Shown one piece after another: positions 1 to 10,033 of a DNA stretch of 30,977 bases. The stretch comes from Bdellovibrionales bacterium (GTDB lineage: Bacteria; Bdellovibrionota; Bdellovibrionia; Bdellovibrionales; JAMPXM01). The stretch spans positions 1 to 30,977 of the forward strand of contig JAYUEN010000470.1 in the NCBI GenBank assembly GCA_043739185.1, read 5' to 3'. Within the stretch, counting starts at the first letter, position 1, and every line of letters begins with the position of its first letter. The notes beneath the pieces are model-generated. The model saw nothing but the letters and a program-made list of their open reading frames with translations, had not been told where the DNA came from and ran no database searches. A program made the translations under genes and the position numbers.

Positions 1-19
1 CCTAATTTTTAGTATCAAA

Positions 20-46
20 TAAAAAACAATCGCCTGCGCTTGCGAT
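20..46 (-). terminator. Possible weak intrinsic terminator downstream of the protease gene
   Basis: ATCGC(29-33)/GCGAT(42-46) stem, followed on the minus strand by TGTTTTTTA. The stem is only 5 bp. Confidence 0.3.
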
Positions 47-116
47 CAACTGGCTCAATTGCAAAAAGAAAAATTATCGCAATATGCTTTAAAGCTCCAA
101 GCTTTTCGTTCAAAGG

Positions 117-875
117 CTACTGCTTAGTTTTCGCTTTTGCTTTCAATATCCAATCGAGATTTTCAAATATAGGAACAGCAAAGCCTAATGCCTTTTCATC
201 ACCACATCTTGTGCCGGAAGCTTTGGTCGATTGAATAGCAATCAAAACAGGCCTCGATTCAAAAATAGCAAACAGGCCGCCACCACTATCGCTTTGGCAA
301 GGCCCTCCACCAATTTGGCTCGCGTGATACGCCAAAATTGGATACTGAACATTTGGTGAAATATCAAAATGAACTTCAAGCGCAAGATTTGGCGATTCTT
401 CGCTCTTTTCTGCCTTACCATTGGCAATTAAATAAATCTTCGAAGAATCATAACTATGCTCATCTACAAGTCTTGCTTCACTATGCGAAAATGAGATGGG
501 GTGGCTCAAATTTATAAGCGCAATGTCCGTCCCAACTTCGACTAATTTGGGGTTTGCTTTAAATCCGACTCTATAATTTGGATGCCTTACAACTGAAGTA
601 ATTCGAGTCTTGTAATAATGAGCATTCATCGGATCACTAATTTTCAGCTCGTCAAAGACTTGTAATTCTTCAGTGCAATGAGCAGCCGTAAGCAGTCTTT
701 GACTATCTAAAATGACCGCCGAACATTGTAAAGCGCCTTCTGAACTTTGTACTGGCCTCATGCGAACCACAAAACTCGCCTCGCCCAATTCAAGGGGAAT
801 GGCCTCTCCACCAAATATTGCATGGGAATTTAGATTGAAACTGAGATTCAAAAAAAGACAAATGAGGTGAATCAT
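117..875 (-). CDS. Secreted trypsin-like (S1) serine protease
   Basis: Catalytic triad motifs LTAAHC, DIALI and CQSDSGG. Signal peptide from the ATG at 875 (MIHLICLF...SHA), then mature IFGG resembling IVGG. The ORF track extends to 935. Confidence 0.9.
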   Translation of the reverse strand: MIHLICLFLNLSFNLNSHAIFGGEAIPLELGEASFVVRMRPVQSSEGALQCSAVILDSQRLLTAAHCTEELQVFDELKISDPMNAHYYKTRITSVVRHPNYRVGFKANPKLVEVGTDIALINLSHPISFSHSEARLVDEHSYDSSKIYLIANGKAEKSEESPNLALEVHFDISPNVQYPILAYHASQIGGGPCQSDSGGGLFAIFESRPVLIAIQSTKASGTRCGDEKALGFAVPIFENLDWILKAKAKTKQ

Positions 876-989
876 ATATCCGAAATAAAGCAAGACCCAT
901 GTAATGTCAAAAGCCCCGAGCCATTTTGTAATCATTATTAGCGTAAATAAGTCAGGCGCTTAATGCCTTGAATTACGAAATGTTAGCAG

Positions 990-2036
990 CTATTTCGAAA
1001 CTCGATCCCGCTTTCGATTGGGTCCTTGGGCTTCATCGAAGATTCCCTGAAAACAAGAATGCCATGATTTTTTCTTAAACTCTTCTGCTGGTAGGCTTGC
1101 GATCGCCATTTGATGACCGCGGCTTTTTTCTGCGGCAAATAAATCAACGAGCCTTCTTAGGGCTTCTTTGTGGAGGGCCGTACAGCCGTAAGTGGCCACT
1201 TGTCCAGCCTTATGAAAGCGATCGAGCATCTCGATTTTCTTTGCACATTCGCTCTTTTGATTTGCATCTTTCATTCGACACTCATCTTGAATCCGGGCAT
1301 TCATTTCAGCCAAAAGCACTTCGTCAACTTGATGAACGAAAATGCAAGAGCCTGATTTTGAGACCGCTGAGGTCTCATGCTCAATATGAAGGCCTAGGGT
1401 ATAGAGCTTATTTAGCCCCAATTGTTCTCCAGAACCTTCCTCAACTGAAGCCAGGGCCCCTGCAGGCCGGTACCAGAGACGATCATATAGTTTCGCATTG
1501 TTGACATCATCCGAGCAATTGAGCTCATTGCTTACCATCTCCTTACCATTAACTACAAAAACTGGAGTATCAGGTGCAATCGCCTCTGCTTCGAGTTTTG
1601 GCCTCAAAATTTGCAAGTAGTTGGGGTCCTTTGATCTTGCCTCTTGTCCAAAATATTTGTCCCGAAACCGAAAAACTCCGGCAGGAGTTTTATGATCCCC
1701 TTCAACTTTGAATTTGTCTGAGGACGGATTTTCAGTCAGGTCGCGATATTTATTTCCCCAAGCCATGCCATTTTCACCGATAAAGGCTTGCTCGTCGACA
1801 ATGGCCCTATTTTGAACCCAAGCTGCACCCAAGCTTTTACGCTGAAAAACTTTTAACTTTGCATTTGATGTCTGCCAATTTTCGGATGTCACAATTACTA
1901 ATACATAAGCTCCGTTAATATTTTTAAGCGCTTCTTTAGGGCAAGACTCAACATTTTCAATAGCCTGCGCACTCACGTGAAATATACAAATGAGTGCAGT
2001 AAGGACGGACATTTTAAAAAATAAAACTAATTTCAC
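990..2036 (-). CDS. Secreted L,D-transpeptidase-like (YkuD superfamily) protein
   Basis: Signal peptide ending AQA. Motifs K.EGD.KTPAG.F, GSCIF.H and TYGC (catalytic His and Cys). Alternative ATG start at 2012. Confidence 0.8.
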   Translation of the reverse strand: MKLVLFFKMSVLTALICIFHVSAQAIENVESCPKEALKNINGAYVLVIVTSENWQTSNAKLKVFQRKSLGAAWVQNRAIVDEQAFIGENGMAWGNKYRDLTENPSSDKFKVEGDHKTPAGVFRFRDKYFGQEARSKDPNYLQILRPKLEAEAIAPDTPVFVVNGKEMVSNELNCSDDVNNAKLYDRLWYRPAGALASVEEGSGEQLGLNKLYTLGLHIEHETSAVSKSGSCIFVHQVDEVLLAEMNARIQDECRMKDANQKSECAKKIEMLDRFHKAGQVATYGCTALHKEALRRLVDLFAAEKSRGHQMAIASLPAEEFKKKSWHSCFQGIFDEAQGPNRKRDRVSK

Positions 2037-2043
2037 TCTAAAG

Positions 2044-2071
2044 ATATCGGAAATATATTGGCTATTCTAAA
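2044..2071 (-). promoter_or_regulatory. Putative sigma-28 (FliA)-type promoter for the L,D-transpeptidase-like gene
   Basis: Minus strand reads TTTAG-N15-TCCGATAT, with the same spacing as the site at 18798-18825. Confidence 0.45.
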
Positions 2072-2122
2072 ACGAAACTCTAGGCCTCTCAGGACCTAGG
2101 TCTCGGGCATAAGCGCCGCATT

Positions 2123-2794
2123 TTAAAAGCCAACCAAGAGCTCGGAAGCTTTTTTTGAAGCTTCAAGGGCAGTCATTTTATCAAATGCTTCGGAGTGCAA
2201 AAACATATTCATCTTTCGATTGTTTTCAATGCTGGGTGCAAAATTCCAAAGCCATTCATGTATAATTAAAAAGGACAATTGAAATTGATCATGATGCAAT
2301 AAAGATTCAAATATCTCAAGATCAAATTCAAATATGATTTTATCTTCTGTCGTTTTGCTTTCCGCATTCGAAAGCCGCACTATGGCTTGAAGAATTTCAA
2401 TTCCGCCCTTGCCATTATTACAAGAAATCGGCAATTTGATCTGTTCATCATAAACTCTTAAAGGAGAAAAATAAGGCTTCCACTGATAATGTTTTTTCAA
2501 ATCTTGATTGCCGATTTGATTCATAAACTCTTCAAATGAAGGACTCAACTGCGGAATCTTTTCTTGCAACAATACTAGGATGTGCTCAAGTGACTGTTTT
2601 AAGACTCGAAAATAATTTAACCTCGCTGGGTGCCTTTGCGGTCTATGTATCATTACAAAATCAAGACTCTGATAACTGATATCACCAGAACAAATAACGA
2701 CCTCTCCGCCGTTTCGCACGCGATCAGCATATCCCATTGAAGAAATTATACTGAAAATAAAAATATTCAAAAATAAATATTTGAAATTAAACAT
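2123..2794 (-). CDS. Secreted hypothetical protein with an N-terminal DRVRNGG motif and a C-terminal HEWLW helix
   Basis: ATG at 2794 (MFNFKY...GYA signal peptide) overlaps the end of the upstream gene by 8 nt, suggesting translational coupling. The ORF-track start at 2842 is less likely. Confidence 0.75.
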   Translation of the reverse strand: MFNFKYLFLNIFIFSIISSMGYADRVRNGGEVVICSGDISYQSLDFVMIHRPQRHPARLNYFRVLKQSLEHILVLLQEKIPQLSPSFEEFMNQIGNQDLKKHYQWKPYFSPLRVYDEQIKLPISCNNGKGGIEILQAIVRLSNAESKTTEDKIIFEFDLEIFESLLHHDQFQLSFLIIHEWLWNFAPSIENNRKMNMFLHSEAFDKMTALEASKKASELLVGF

Positions 2795-3608
2795 CGAGCA
2801 GCGCCAGAGGAAAAAATTGCAGATTGAGTTGGTAGACAGCATTTCCGTCTTTTGAATCAGTCATGCTTTCAAAATCTCCCATAAATTTTTCAATTAACTG
2901 CTTTGCTTCATTCAATTTATTTTTATCAATTTTCAAAGTACAAGCCTGCATGCTTCTTTCTTGAAAGCCGAATTTTCGAATGGCCTTAATGCCTATACTA
3001 CCCATTTCTTCGTGATATTGCTTTATAGACTCTGAGCTAATTTCATTTTCAGAGAGCAGAAGAACATCTGATGCAATATAGTTTGACTCCGACTCTTGCA
3101 AAAAACCAAGTTCGTGCAATTTTTCACAGACACTCAACAAATTTGCTTCGCCTTCATAGCTCAGTTTTTTCCGCAGCCAGATTTCATCCTTTATTATTGG
3201 CGTCAACTGCGCAAGCTGCCGAATTGCCAAAAAATACCAATTCCTAACTTCGCTCATTTGAATCTCTGTTAAAATGATCGTCTTTCTTGATTTAACGCCA
3301 GTTAAGATTTCGGTTTCAATTAAGCCTCGAGTAGGATGATCTTGAGCCAACTTTGTTTTCTGTATTAAATATTGAAAATGCCTTTTTTCAATCTCGGTAA
3401 AGTTAAAATATTTCACAAGTGCTGCACTTACAACGGGGCCACAAGTTCTTTGACCGCAAATGATTTTAGAAATCGAGGTTGTTGATTTGAGGCCAAGCCT
3501 CTTAGCCCATCCTGAAATAGACCATGTTGGTCGTTCGCTTCGCGATTTTTCGACAAAATCAGCTAAATAATTTTCGAGAGTCGCGTATTCAAGAACATCA
3601 ATTCTCAT
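2787..3608 (-). CDS. TIGR02147/DUF4423-like protein with an N-terminal HTH (putative regulator)
   Basis: HTH-like WS...WAKRLGLKS...S.I..G.R, middle WY.LAIR.L, I..YH and C-terminal VYQLNLQFFPL. ATG at 3608 follows a GGGGGG RBS-like run. Confidence 0.85.
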   Translation of the reverse strand: MRIDVLEYATLENYLADFVEKSRSERPTWSISGWAKRLGLKSTTSISKIICGQRTCGPVVSAALVKYFNFTEIEKRHFQYLIQKTKLAQDHPTRGLIETEILTGVKSRKTIILTEIQMSEVRNWYFLAIRQLAQLTPIIKDEIWLRKKLSYEGEANLLSVCEKLHELGFLQESESNYIASDVLLLSENEISSESIKQYHEEMGSIGIKAIRKFGFQERSMQACTLKIDKNKLNEAKQLIEKFMGDFESMTDSKDGNAVYQLNLQFFPLALLDV

Positions 3609-3617
3609 CTTGCCCCC

Positions 3618-3644
3618 CAAACGAACACTTTAAATAGCCGATAG
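3618..3644 (+). promoter_or_regulatory. Putative sigma-28-type promoter upstream of the pilin-like cluster
   Basis: CAAA-N15-GCCGATAG versus the sigma-28 consensus TAAA-N15-GCCGATAA. Confidence 0.45.
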
Positions 3645-3804
3645 AGAGCATTTTAGCTAGACAGTGCGCAAAGCGACATTTCAATTACTTAATAAAGCGT
3701 TGGCAGACTTGCAAACGCTTTTTGTGAGCTTTTCAAGACTCAGACTTTGAATTCATATCAAAACATCTGATTCAAGGACTAACATTAAGAACAGTGGGGG
3801 CAAA

Positions 3805-4473
3805 ATGCGATTTTTAAGTGCCAGCTGCAAGTATTTTAAGAATAATTCAAAAGGCTCCGTTGTTGTTCTAGCCCTTGTGGCTACTTTGGCGGTTTCATTG
3901 ATTGCTTCAGTTGTCGGTGGCTATTTTCTCAATCTTCGAAAGCAGCAAAATCGACTCAATTTAATTAATTCACTTAGCCTCATTCAAGCCAATATATTAG
4001 ACACAATTTCAAGTGATTCAGCTTGGTTCATTACGAAAACAAATAATGCTCCGGCCTCAAACCTCAATCCCAATCCATTCAAACTCTATGATGGCGCAGG
4101 AACTTTGATTTATGACTCTACCAGCGCGACTTCTGGCTTCACGATAACCGGAGCTCCCTGTCAAAATTGGTCCAGTGGGGGTTCCTCAAGCTGCCCGCTA
4201 AGACTTCTACTCAGCTGGAAGCAAGTTGCCCAATGCAATTTAGATGTCGTGCCAGCATTTCAGATCACTGGCTCTTATAGTTATGCCCCCGGAGATGCGG
4301 CCAATCGCTTTGAGCTCAATTGGCTCAATTACAGCAATCAACTCACTTTTTGTAGAAAGTCTGCAGTGCAAAATTACAGTTGCGTGAATGGCCCTCCTGC
4401 AGCCGCTTGTGGAGCTCCTGACCAATGGTACTGCACTTCAACCGGATGGATTTGTGGCCGTATATTCAACTGA
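3805..4473 (+). CDS. Pilin/pseudopilin-like protein (non-Glu5, PilX/GspK-like N-terminus)
   Basis: Basic leader, then KG^SVVVLAL and a hydrophobic helix. Shares SD.AW..T, FKLYD..G, GFT..G..C and C.L.L.LSW with the next two ORFs. Confidence 0.7.
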   Translation: MRFLSASCKYFKNNSKGSVVVLALVATLAVSLIASVVGGYFLNLRKQQNRLNLINSLSLIQANILDTISSDSAWFITKTNNAPASNLNPNPFKLYDGAGTLIYDSTSATSGFTITGAPCQNWSSGGSSSCPLRLLLSWKQVAQCNLDVVPAFQITGSYSYAPGDAANRFELNWLNYSNQLTFCRKSAVQNYSCVNGPPAAACGAPDQWYCTSTGWICGRIFN

Positions 4474-5167
4474 ACATAAAAAACTTTTATGCTCTACATC
4501 GGGCTCAACCTTGTTAGAACTTAGTCTGACAATAGGAATTTTATCAATTTCGATTCTCTCAATTACATGGACACTCATCAATATTTCAAAGAAACAAGTT
4601 GATCAAAATTTTATTTTTAGTCTTATTCAAAATCGCCTCTTATTTCAGGGAGTCATTGCCAGTGACAATGCTTGGACAGCTACAGTTTCAAATAATCCAA
4701 GTATGAATTGTCTGCAGACTCATTCGAGTTGCACGGCCACCGCAAATTTAGGACCACAGACGTTTAAGCTCTATGATCAAAATTCAAATCTATATTATGA
4801 CGGCATCAATGCCCTTTCAGGATTTACTGCGAGCGGAAGCACTTGCAATTCTTTCTCGAACTCTGCCGATTGCGTCCTGCACTTAGATTTGTCTTGGAAG
4901 CCACAGTGTGATGCAGCCTCTAGTCTTGATCCCAATTGTTTGTCTCCGTATGTGCAAATTTTAGGTTCATATAGCTATTTGGGGCCAAGTACAGTCTCAT
5001 TCAATTGGGCTCATTATAATTTTCAATATGGAAGGGCGACTCCAAGACTTCCGAGTTCAGCACTTCCTTGTTTAGACGCCCCTCCGGCAGGGGGTTGCAA
5101 TGCTCCAAAAATTTGGGTGTGTATGCCGCCGCCAAGTTATTGGGAGTGTCACCTTTTAACTCCCTAA
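4454..5167 (+). CDS. Type IV pilin/pseudopilin-like protein
   Basis: Prepilin-type G^STLLE with Glu at +5, then a hydrophobic helix. Likely start is GTG 4454 (in frame, after GGATGGA); the ORF track starts at 4388. Paralogous to its neighbours. Confidence 0.75.
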   Translation: MAVYSTEHKKLLCSTSGSTLLELSLTIGILSISILSITWTLINISKKQVDQNFIFSLIQNRLLFQGVIASDNAWTATVSNNPSMNCLQTHSSCTATANLGPQTFKLYDQNSNLYYDGINALSGFTASGSTCNSFSNSADCVLHLDLSWKPQCDAASSLDPNCLSPYVQILGSYSYLGPSTVSFNWAHYNFQYGRATPRLPSSALPCLDAPPAGGCNAPKIWVCMPPPSYWECHLLTP

Positions 5168-5197
5168 AATGATTCTTACGACTTTGGAGTTTAAAAT

Positions 5198-6367
5198 ATG
5201 AGAGGCTTTTCATTAATTGAAGTTCTAGTAGGAATTCTGATTAGTTCAATTTGTGCTTTGGGCTTAGCTAATATTGTTGGTCAATGGTCGGAACTTAACC
5301 AGGGCCAATCGCTATCTAGCGTATTAAGTCAAAATCGCATCAATGTTCAAAATGCAATAAAGAGTGATCTCGCTTGGTCAAAAACCATAAGCGTAAATGC
5401 CAATATGAGTTGCCTCAACCAAGCTGCAGGCTGCGCTAGTGTGGTTGTGCCACTTGCCTTTAATTTAGTCGACGCTAATGGTGGCTCTGTTATTTTTAAT
5501 GGACAAGCAGGCTTCACTGGCTTTGAAATTAATGGCAGTCTCTGCCTGGCCTCATGTCCTGTTCAGTTGGTGACGACTTGGATTCCCCAATGCAATTTGG
5601 GGATTGATCCAAATTGCGTCTCTCCACTTATATTGATTCAAGGAACCTATACTCAAAATTTTCAAATCCTTGGTGGAATCAATTGGGAAAAATACAATTT
5701 TCAAATCTTGAGACACGCGATTAATACTTCTCCCTGTTCGGGAAATCTCCCGGTTTGCTCAGCGCCTCGAATAACGGTCTGCACTTCTTCTGGCTGGATT
5801 TGCGTGACACCAGGCTGCTCCCCTCAACTGGTGAGCTGGACCATTGCTGGCACATTATGCCAAGGACAAGCCACCGCCACCGATGCCGGTCAAGACTCAA
5901 GTGTCATCAATTCATTTAATGCAAATTCAGGATTTGCAATTTTCAACTGCAGCAGCGCAGGCGATGGACTATTTAGCGCAAACCCAAATCCGGGAGCTAG
6001 TTGCAACCCACCACCGACTCCGACGCCAACTCCAACTCCTACGCCGACTCCAACTCCTACTCCGACTCCAACTCCAACTCCAACTCCGACTCCAACTCCG
6101 ACTCCTACGCCGACTCCAACTCCTACTCCTACTCCTACGCCGACTCCAACTCCTACTCCTACGCCGACTCCTACTCCTACTCCTACTCCTACTCCTTCGC
6201 TAACCTGGCATATTTCTGGTGGAGGCCCTCAAGCTGGTGCAGACACTTGTTTCATTCTAAAGGGCGAATATGCAGGCAATGTAAGCCCTGGCCAAGCCTG
6301 TAGCGTATTCAAACCCAATGGGCCTTGCCGAGAATCAAATGAAAAATATATTATGGGCTGCTTTTAA
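5198..6367 (+). CDS. Type IV pilin-like protein with Cys-rich modules and a (PT)30 linker
   Basis: Canonical MRG^FSLIEVLV prepilin site and a GGAG RBS. Paralogous core, then the PT repeat and a small Cys-rich C-terminal domain. Confidence 0.85.
   Translation: MRGFSLIEVLVGILISSICALGLANIVGQWSELNQGQSLSSVLSQNRINVQNAIKSDLAWSKTISVNANMSCLNQAAGCASVVVPLAFNLVDANGGSVIFNGQAGFTGFEINGSLCLASCPVQLVTTWIPQCNLGIDPNCVSPLILIQGTYTQNFQILGGINWEKYNFQILRHAINTSPCSGNLPVCSAPRITVCTSSGWICVTPGCSPQLVSWTIAGTLCQGQATATDAGQDSSVINSFNANSGFAIFNCSSAGDGLFSANPNPGASCNPPPTPTPTPTPTPTPTPTPTPTPTPTPTPTPTPTPTPTPTPTPTPTPTPTPTPTPTPTPTPTPSLTWHISGGGPQAGADTCFILKGEYAGNVSPGQACSVFKPNGPCRESNEKYIMGCF
6014..6193 (+). repeat. Coding hexamer repeat CCN-ACN x30 encoding (Pro-Thr)30
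   Basis: 180 nt. Variation is confined to synonymous third positions in the PT frame. Confidence 0.95.
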
Positions 6368-6665
6368 TGCAAAAGAAGAAAAATCCGCAAATCCATAAAA
6401 GTCTCTTTTCGAGACATTCAAAAAGCTGTCACCACATAAGTGGCTGTGAAATGCCTATTCGAAGTTTTGAAGATATTTTTTTTGAATGTCACTAAACTCG
6501 TCAAAGTATACTTCAGATGAAAACAACCGAGCCGAATCGCAAATCGATACAGCTCATTAAAAAGACAATTCCTCTGTGAAAACAAAACAAAAATGCGAAT
6601 TGTTTCAATTTGATATTGGTACTTCAAATGCAGAAATAAAGTGAAAGCCCTGAGGAAATGGCCTA

Positions 6666-9600
6666 ATGCAAATTCAAAACTATAAAATCAAACAAACTGC
6701 CATTATTTCAATTTTTATATGCGTCCTGACGCTGCCATTTCAAAATTGTTCGCAGGTAGATTTCGCTTTGAATTATAATACACTGGCCTCCCTTGCTAGC
6801 TCTGGCCCAATGCTTATTGTAAATGGCGGCCGCCCAAGCAATAGCAAGATCATGCCGGTAGCATTTCAATTAGCGGCTCTACAGAGTCAAACCGGCGCCG
6901 AATTCACCAGCATGCGGCTTGGTCTTAATCGCAATACTTTAGATAGCGCTCCCTATGTCCCCTTTGCCAATCCAACGAGTATTGATTTGCAAACCGAATA
7001 TGCAAATGATGGAACCAAAGATGGCATTAAAAATATTTACGTTGATATTCATATTAAGGGCACAGAGGCAGCGATGAATTTAATCGGCCAACTGACCCTC
7101 GACACCATTGCTCCAACTACGCAATCACTCAACATTGAAAATGGTGCAAGCTCAACAACTATGAATTATACAAGTTTGCAATTGCAGGCCCATGACACCT
7201 ATTCAAATATCACCCAAGTTTGCTTTAAAACTTTTGCGATTCAACCTTCAGTCAAGGATCTCTGCTGGACTCCTGTGAGTCAACTGGGAGCCAATGCCCT
7301 AAGCCCAAATCTCGATTTAAAAAAAGCACCCTTTCTTATTGGCTTTGTTCAGGGAAAATATACGGTATATGCTTTTCTTCAAGACGAAGCCGGCAATATT
7401 TCAAAACTGACAAGTGCCGGAGCCGGCACTGATAAATTGGATCGAAAATCGATTCAGTATAATCCGCCGATACCACCTGTACTCATCAATATTTTTGCCA
7501 GCAATACTGATCATTCAAGTTTTCCTCCAAAGCTAAATCAACTTACCAATATGCCAGGCGATAGCATTTATATTAAATGGAAAGTCGCCTCTGCACCGGG
7601 CGGCTTGGGCGCAAACCCAGTACAGCTATTTTATACCTTAGATGAAAAACATTATTCTCTGATTGAGAGTAATCTTGCCAATGCTGCTAATGGCGATTGT
7701 AGTCTCGATGCCAACTACAGTGGCTGTTACAAATGGACTTCTAAAATCGACACTGACAAATACTTTCGCATACGTGTGGGTGTCCAAGATAAAAATGGAC
7801 AATTGAGCTTCGCTTCAACTCTACCTATTAATACCGGATCGTTTTATATTTTGGCGGGCAATACCGATCCCGGACTTGATGGTTCTGCCGCCAGTGCAAT
7901 TTTTTACAATGCCAATCTCTCGCAAACTTTTTATGCCGATCCGCAAAGTTTTGTCATCACGCAATTCGGGAGCATTGTTTTTCGTGATTCACAACGCGGC
8001 CTTTTACTCATTGATCCATACAACGGAATTCAAAAATTAATTGTACCTCTTGATGTAAATGGCGGAGGGCATTTTGTCGACGGACCACTCGGAACGGCAA
8101 CACTTGCCTTCAATAATGCTCGCATCGCTTTAGATTACAATGACCGTATTTTAATCATGGACTCAAGCAAAATTCGTGTTTTAGATTTGCAATCTAAAAC
8201 TCTTACTTCATTTATAGGAAATGATTCACGTAGCAGCGGCTCTCTCGCCTCCGGAACTTTAGCAAATAAATTTGATTTTAGTATCAATGATAGCGGTGGC
8301 TCAAATACAGTTTTAGCGAATCCAATGTATCCGCTCCCCAATGGCGATTTGATTTTCAAAAATGGCAGTGATCGCAGTAGCATTGGCGCCGGCGCAAGCC
8401 TTCGCATCTATAAGGCTTCAGATCAAAGGATTTATACCATGAATCCCAGCGGTGCAGGCGCTAATTACGGAGGCTCTTGGGATCCAAGCTGGGATATTAC
8501 AAGTAGCAATCATACCCTAAATAATTTTGGCATCGGATTTGATCCTTTCAATTCCCAGCTCACCAATATATTTGCCGGCCTCTATATGCAAATTGTGGGT
8601 GACAATGCCTATTACTTTAGTTCGCTTGATCCATACACATTTAAAGTGCTTCCTCAAAATTTACAGATGGCAATTCCTTTTGGATTTGGCCACAATACAG
8701 ATCAATACCTAAGCGATCGAGTTGGCAATACAACGAGTTTTTCACGTTGGGGTGCGAAAATTTTGCAATTCAATAACTCAAATAATTCTTGGACTACAGT
8801 GCTCGGCACCGGCACTCTCGGCCAATGTGCTGACGGTACCAAGGCTCTTGATTGCAATGTCGATTTGCAATCTGTTTTTATTGGTCCACAAAATCAAATT
8901 TATTTTGCAGATCGCGGGCGCATTCGCACCATTGCAGACGGCAAAGTATTTAGCATTATTGGGCAGTCCTATAGCTTTGGTGATGGCGGACTTGCAACTT
9001 CAGCGCGTTTTGGTTTAGTCGATTATATTGATCAAGATAAGAATAATAATATTGTTGTGCTTGACTCAACCGAAGCACGCTTTCGGAGCTTTCCGGCCGC
9101 AGGAGCAATTTCGACCATTGCAGGAAATGGCACTGCTGGCAATCCTGATGATTCGCAACTGGCTGTGAACCAGCCCCTTTTGACAGGTTATTGGGGCGGC
9201 CTTTACTCATTTACGATTGACCAAAACACAGGGGATCTTTATTTCGTGAATTATAAATTGAATGCGACCACCGGTCATTGGCAAAATCTTTACGGTTCCG
9301 CGACCAACTTTGCTAATGGCGATGGTCTTCCCGCAGCTTCAATCACCGCCAATTATCCCTGGGCGACCTTAGGCTTTGGAGGTGGCAAGCTTTTGCAAGC
9401 AAGCAATAATTGGACTTACGATGCCACTCATCCAAATGGCTGGCTTTATGATAGTTTTTATAAATTGTACGACAGTACAAATAACTATGTTCAGAGCAAT
9501 TTGGCTGGGAGTCATGAGCCCTCAACTTCTGGTTTTGGCGCCGATGGAGACCCACTATCAAATGCTCAGGTTCCCCCACAGTTCAATCAAGAAAATTCAA

Positions 9601-9965
9601 AAGTCTTTTATGACAAAGACAAATCTCGCTGGTACGCTTTGAACAATCGAAGTAGCGCAATTAAAATTTTAAAAGAAGGCCCTGATGAAGTAATGCAAAC
9701 TCTAGTGAATTTGCCAAGAGCAATCAGCTCCTTTACTTATGTCTTGAATTCTTCAAGTCAGCCCATGGTATACTACTGTGCAACTGACGGATTGATTTAC
9801 AAATTTAATATTACATTGAAAACTGAAAAGGCGATACCATGGCCAAGCCCGAGCATTGCATGCCAGGGAAACGCACTGCTTTTGAACCCCTCACGCAATA
9901 GCGTAATTTTTCCTTTTAGTCAGAATGCTCTAAATGGAGTTGCCGAAGTGGTCGACACTCCTTAA
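6666..9965 (+). CDS. Large surface or lipoprotein with beta-sandwich-like N-terminal domains and an NHL-like beta-propeller region (adhesin-like)
   Basis: Signal peptide ending LPFQNC. NHL-type motifs GDGGLATSARF, TIAGNG.AG, VLGTGT.G and IYFADRGRIR. Ser/Asn/Gly-rich. Confidence 0.75.
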   Translation: MQIQNYKIKQTAIISIFICVLTLPFQNCSQVDFALNYNTLASLASSGPMLIVNGGRPSNSKIMPVAFQLAALQSQTGAEFTSMRLGLNRNTLDSAPYVPFANPTSIDLQTEYANDGTKDGIKNIYVDIHIKGTEAAMNLIGQLTLDTIAPTTQSLNIENGASSTTMNYTSLQLQAHDTYSNITQVCFKTFAIQPSVKDLCWTPVSQLGANALSPNLDLKKAPFLIGFVQGKYTVYAFLQDEAGNISKLTSAGAGTDKLDRKSIQYNPPIPPVLINIFASNTDHSSFPPKLNQLTNMPGDSIYIKWKVASAPGGLGANPVQLFYTLDEKHYSLIESNLANAANGDCSLDANYSGCYKWTSKIDTDKYFRIRVGVQDKNGQLSFASTLPINTGSFYILAGNTDPGLDGSAASAIFYNANLSQTFYADPQSFVITQFGSIVFRDSQRGLLLIDPYNGIQKLIVPLDVNGGGHFVDGPLGTATLAFNNARIALDYNDRILIMDSSKIRVLDLQSKTLTSFIGNDSRSSGSLASGTLANKFDFSINDSGGSNTVLANPMYPLPNGDLIFKNGSDRSSIGAGASLRIYKASDQRIYTMNPSGAGANYGGSWDPSWDITSSNHTLNNFGIGFDPFNSQLTNIFAGLYMQIVGDNAYYFSSLDPYTFKVLPQNLQMAIPFGFGHNTDQYLSDRVGNTTSFSRWGAKILQFNNSNNSWTTVLGTGTLGQCADGTKALDCNVDLQSVFIGPQNQIYFADRGRIRTIADGKVFSIIGQSYSFGDGGLATSARFGLVDYIDQDKNNNIVVLDSTEARFRSFPAAGAISTIAGNGTAGNPDDSQLAVNQPLLTGYWGGLYSFTIDQNTGDLYFVNYKLNATTGHWQNLYGSATNFANGDGLPAASITANYPWATLGFGGGKLLQASNNWTYDATHPNGWLYDSFYKLYDSTNNYVQSNLAGSHEPSTSGFGADGDPLSNAQVPPQFNQENSKVFYDKDKSRWYALNNRSSAIKILKEGPDEVMQTLVNLPRAISSFTYVLNSSSQPMVYYCATDGLIYKFNITLKTEKAIPWPSPSIACQGNALLLNPSRNSVIFPFSQNALNGVAEVVDTP

Positions 9966-10033
9966 TTTAGCTTAGACGCCAACTCGCTTTTTTGCATTGC
10001 AAGCATTTTAAGAAGCAGGTAGCATAAAAACCA

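Noticed and set aside
6001..6303. ORF with SD/SN/SY repeats resembling staphylococcal Sdr proteins, and the Leu/Arg/Gln ORF at 5844-6203
   Set aside because: These are alternative frames of the (PT)30 repeat. Nucleotide variation is synonymous only in the PT frame, which continues the pilin gene.
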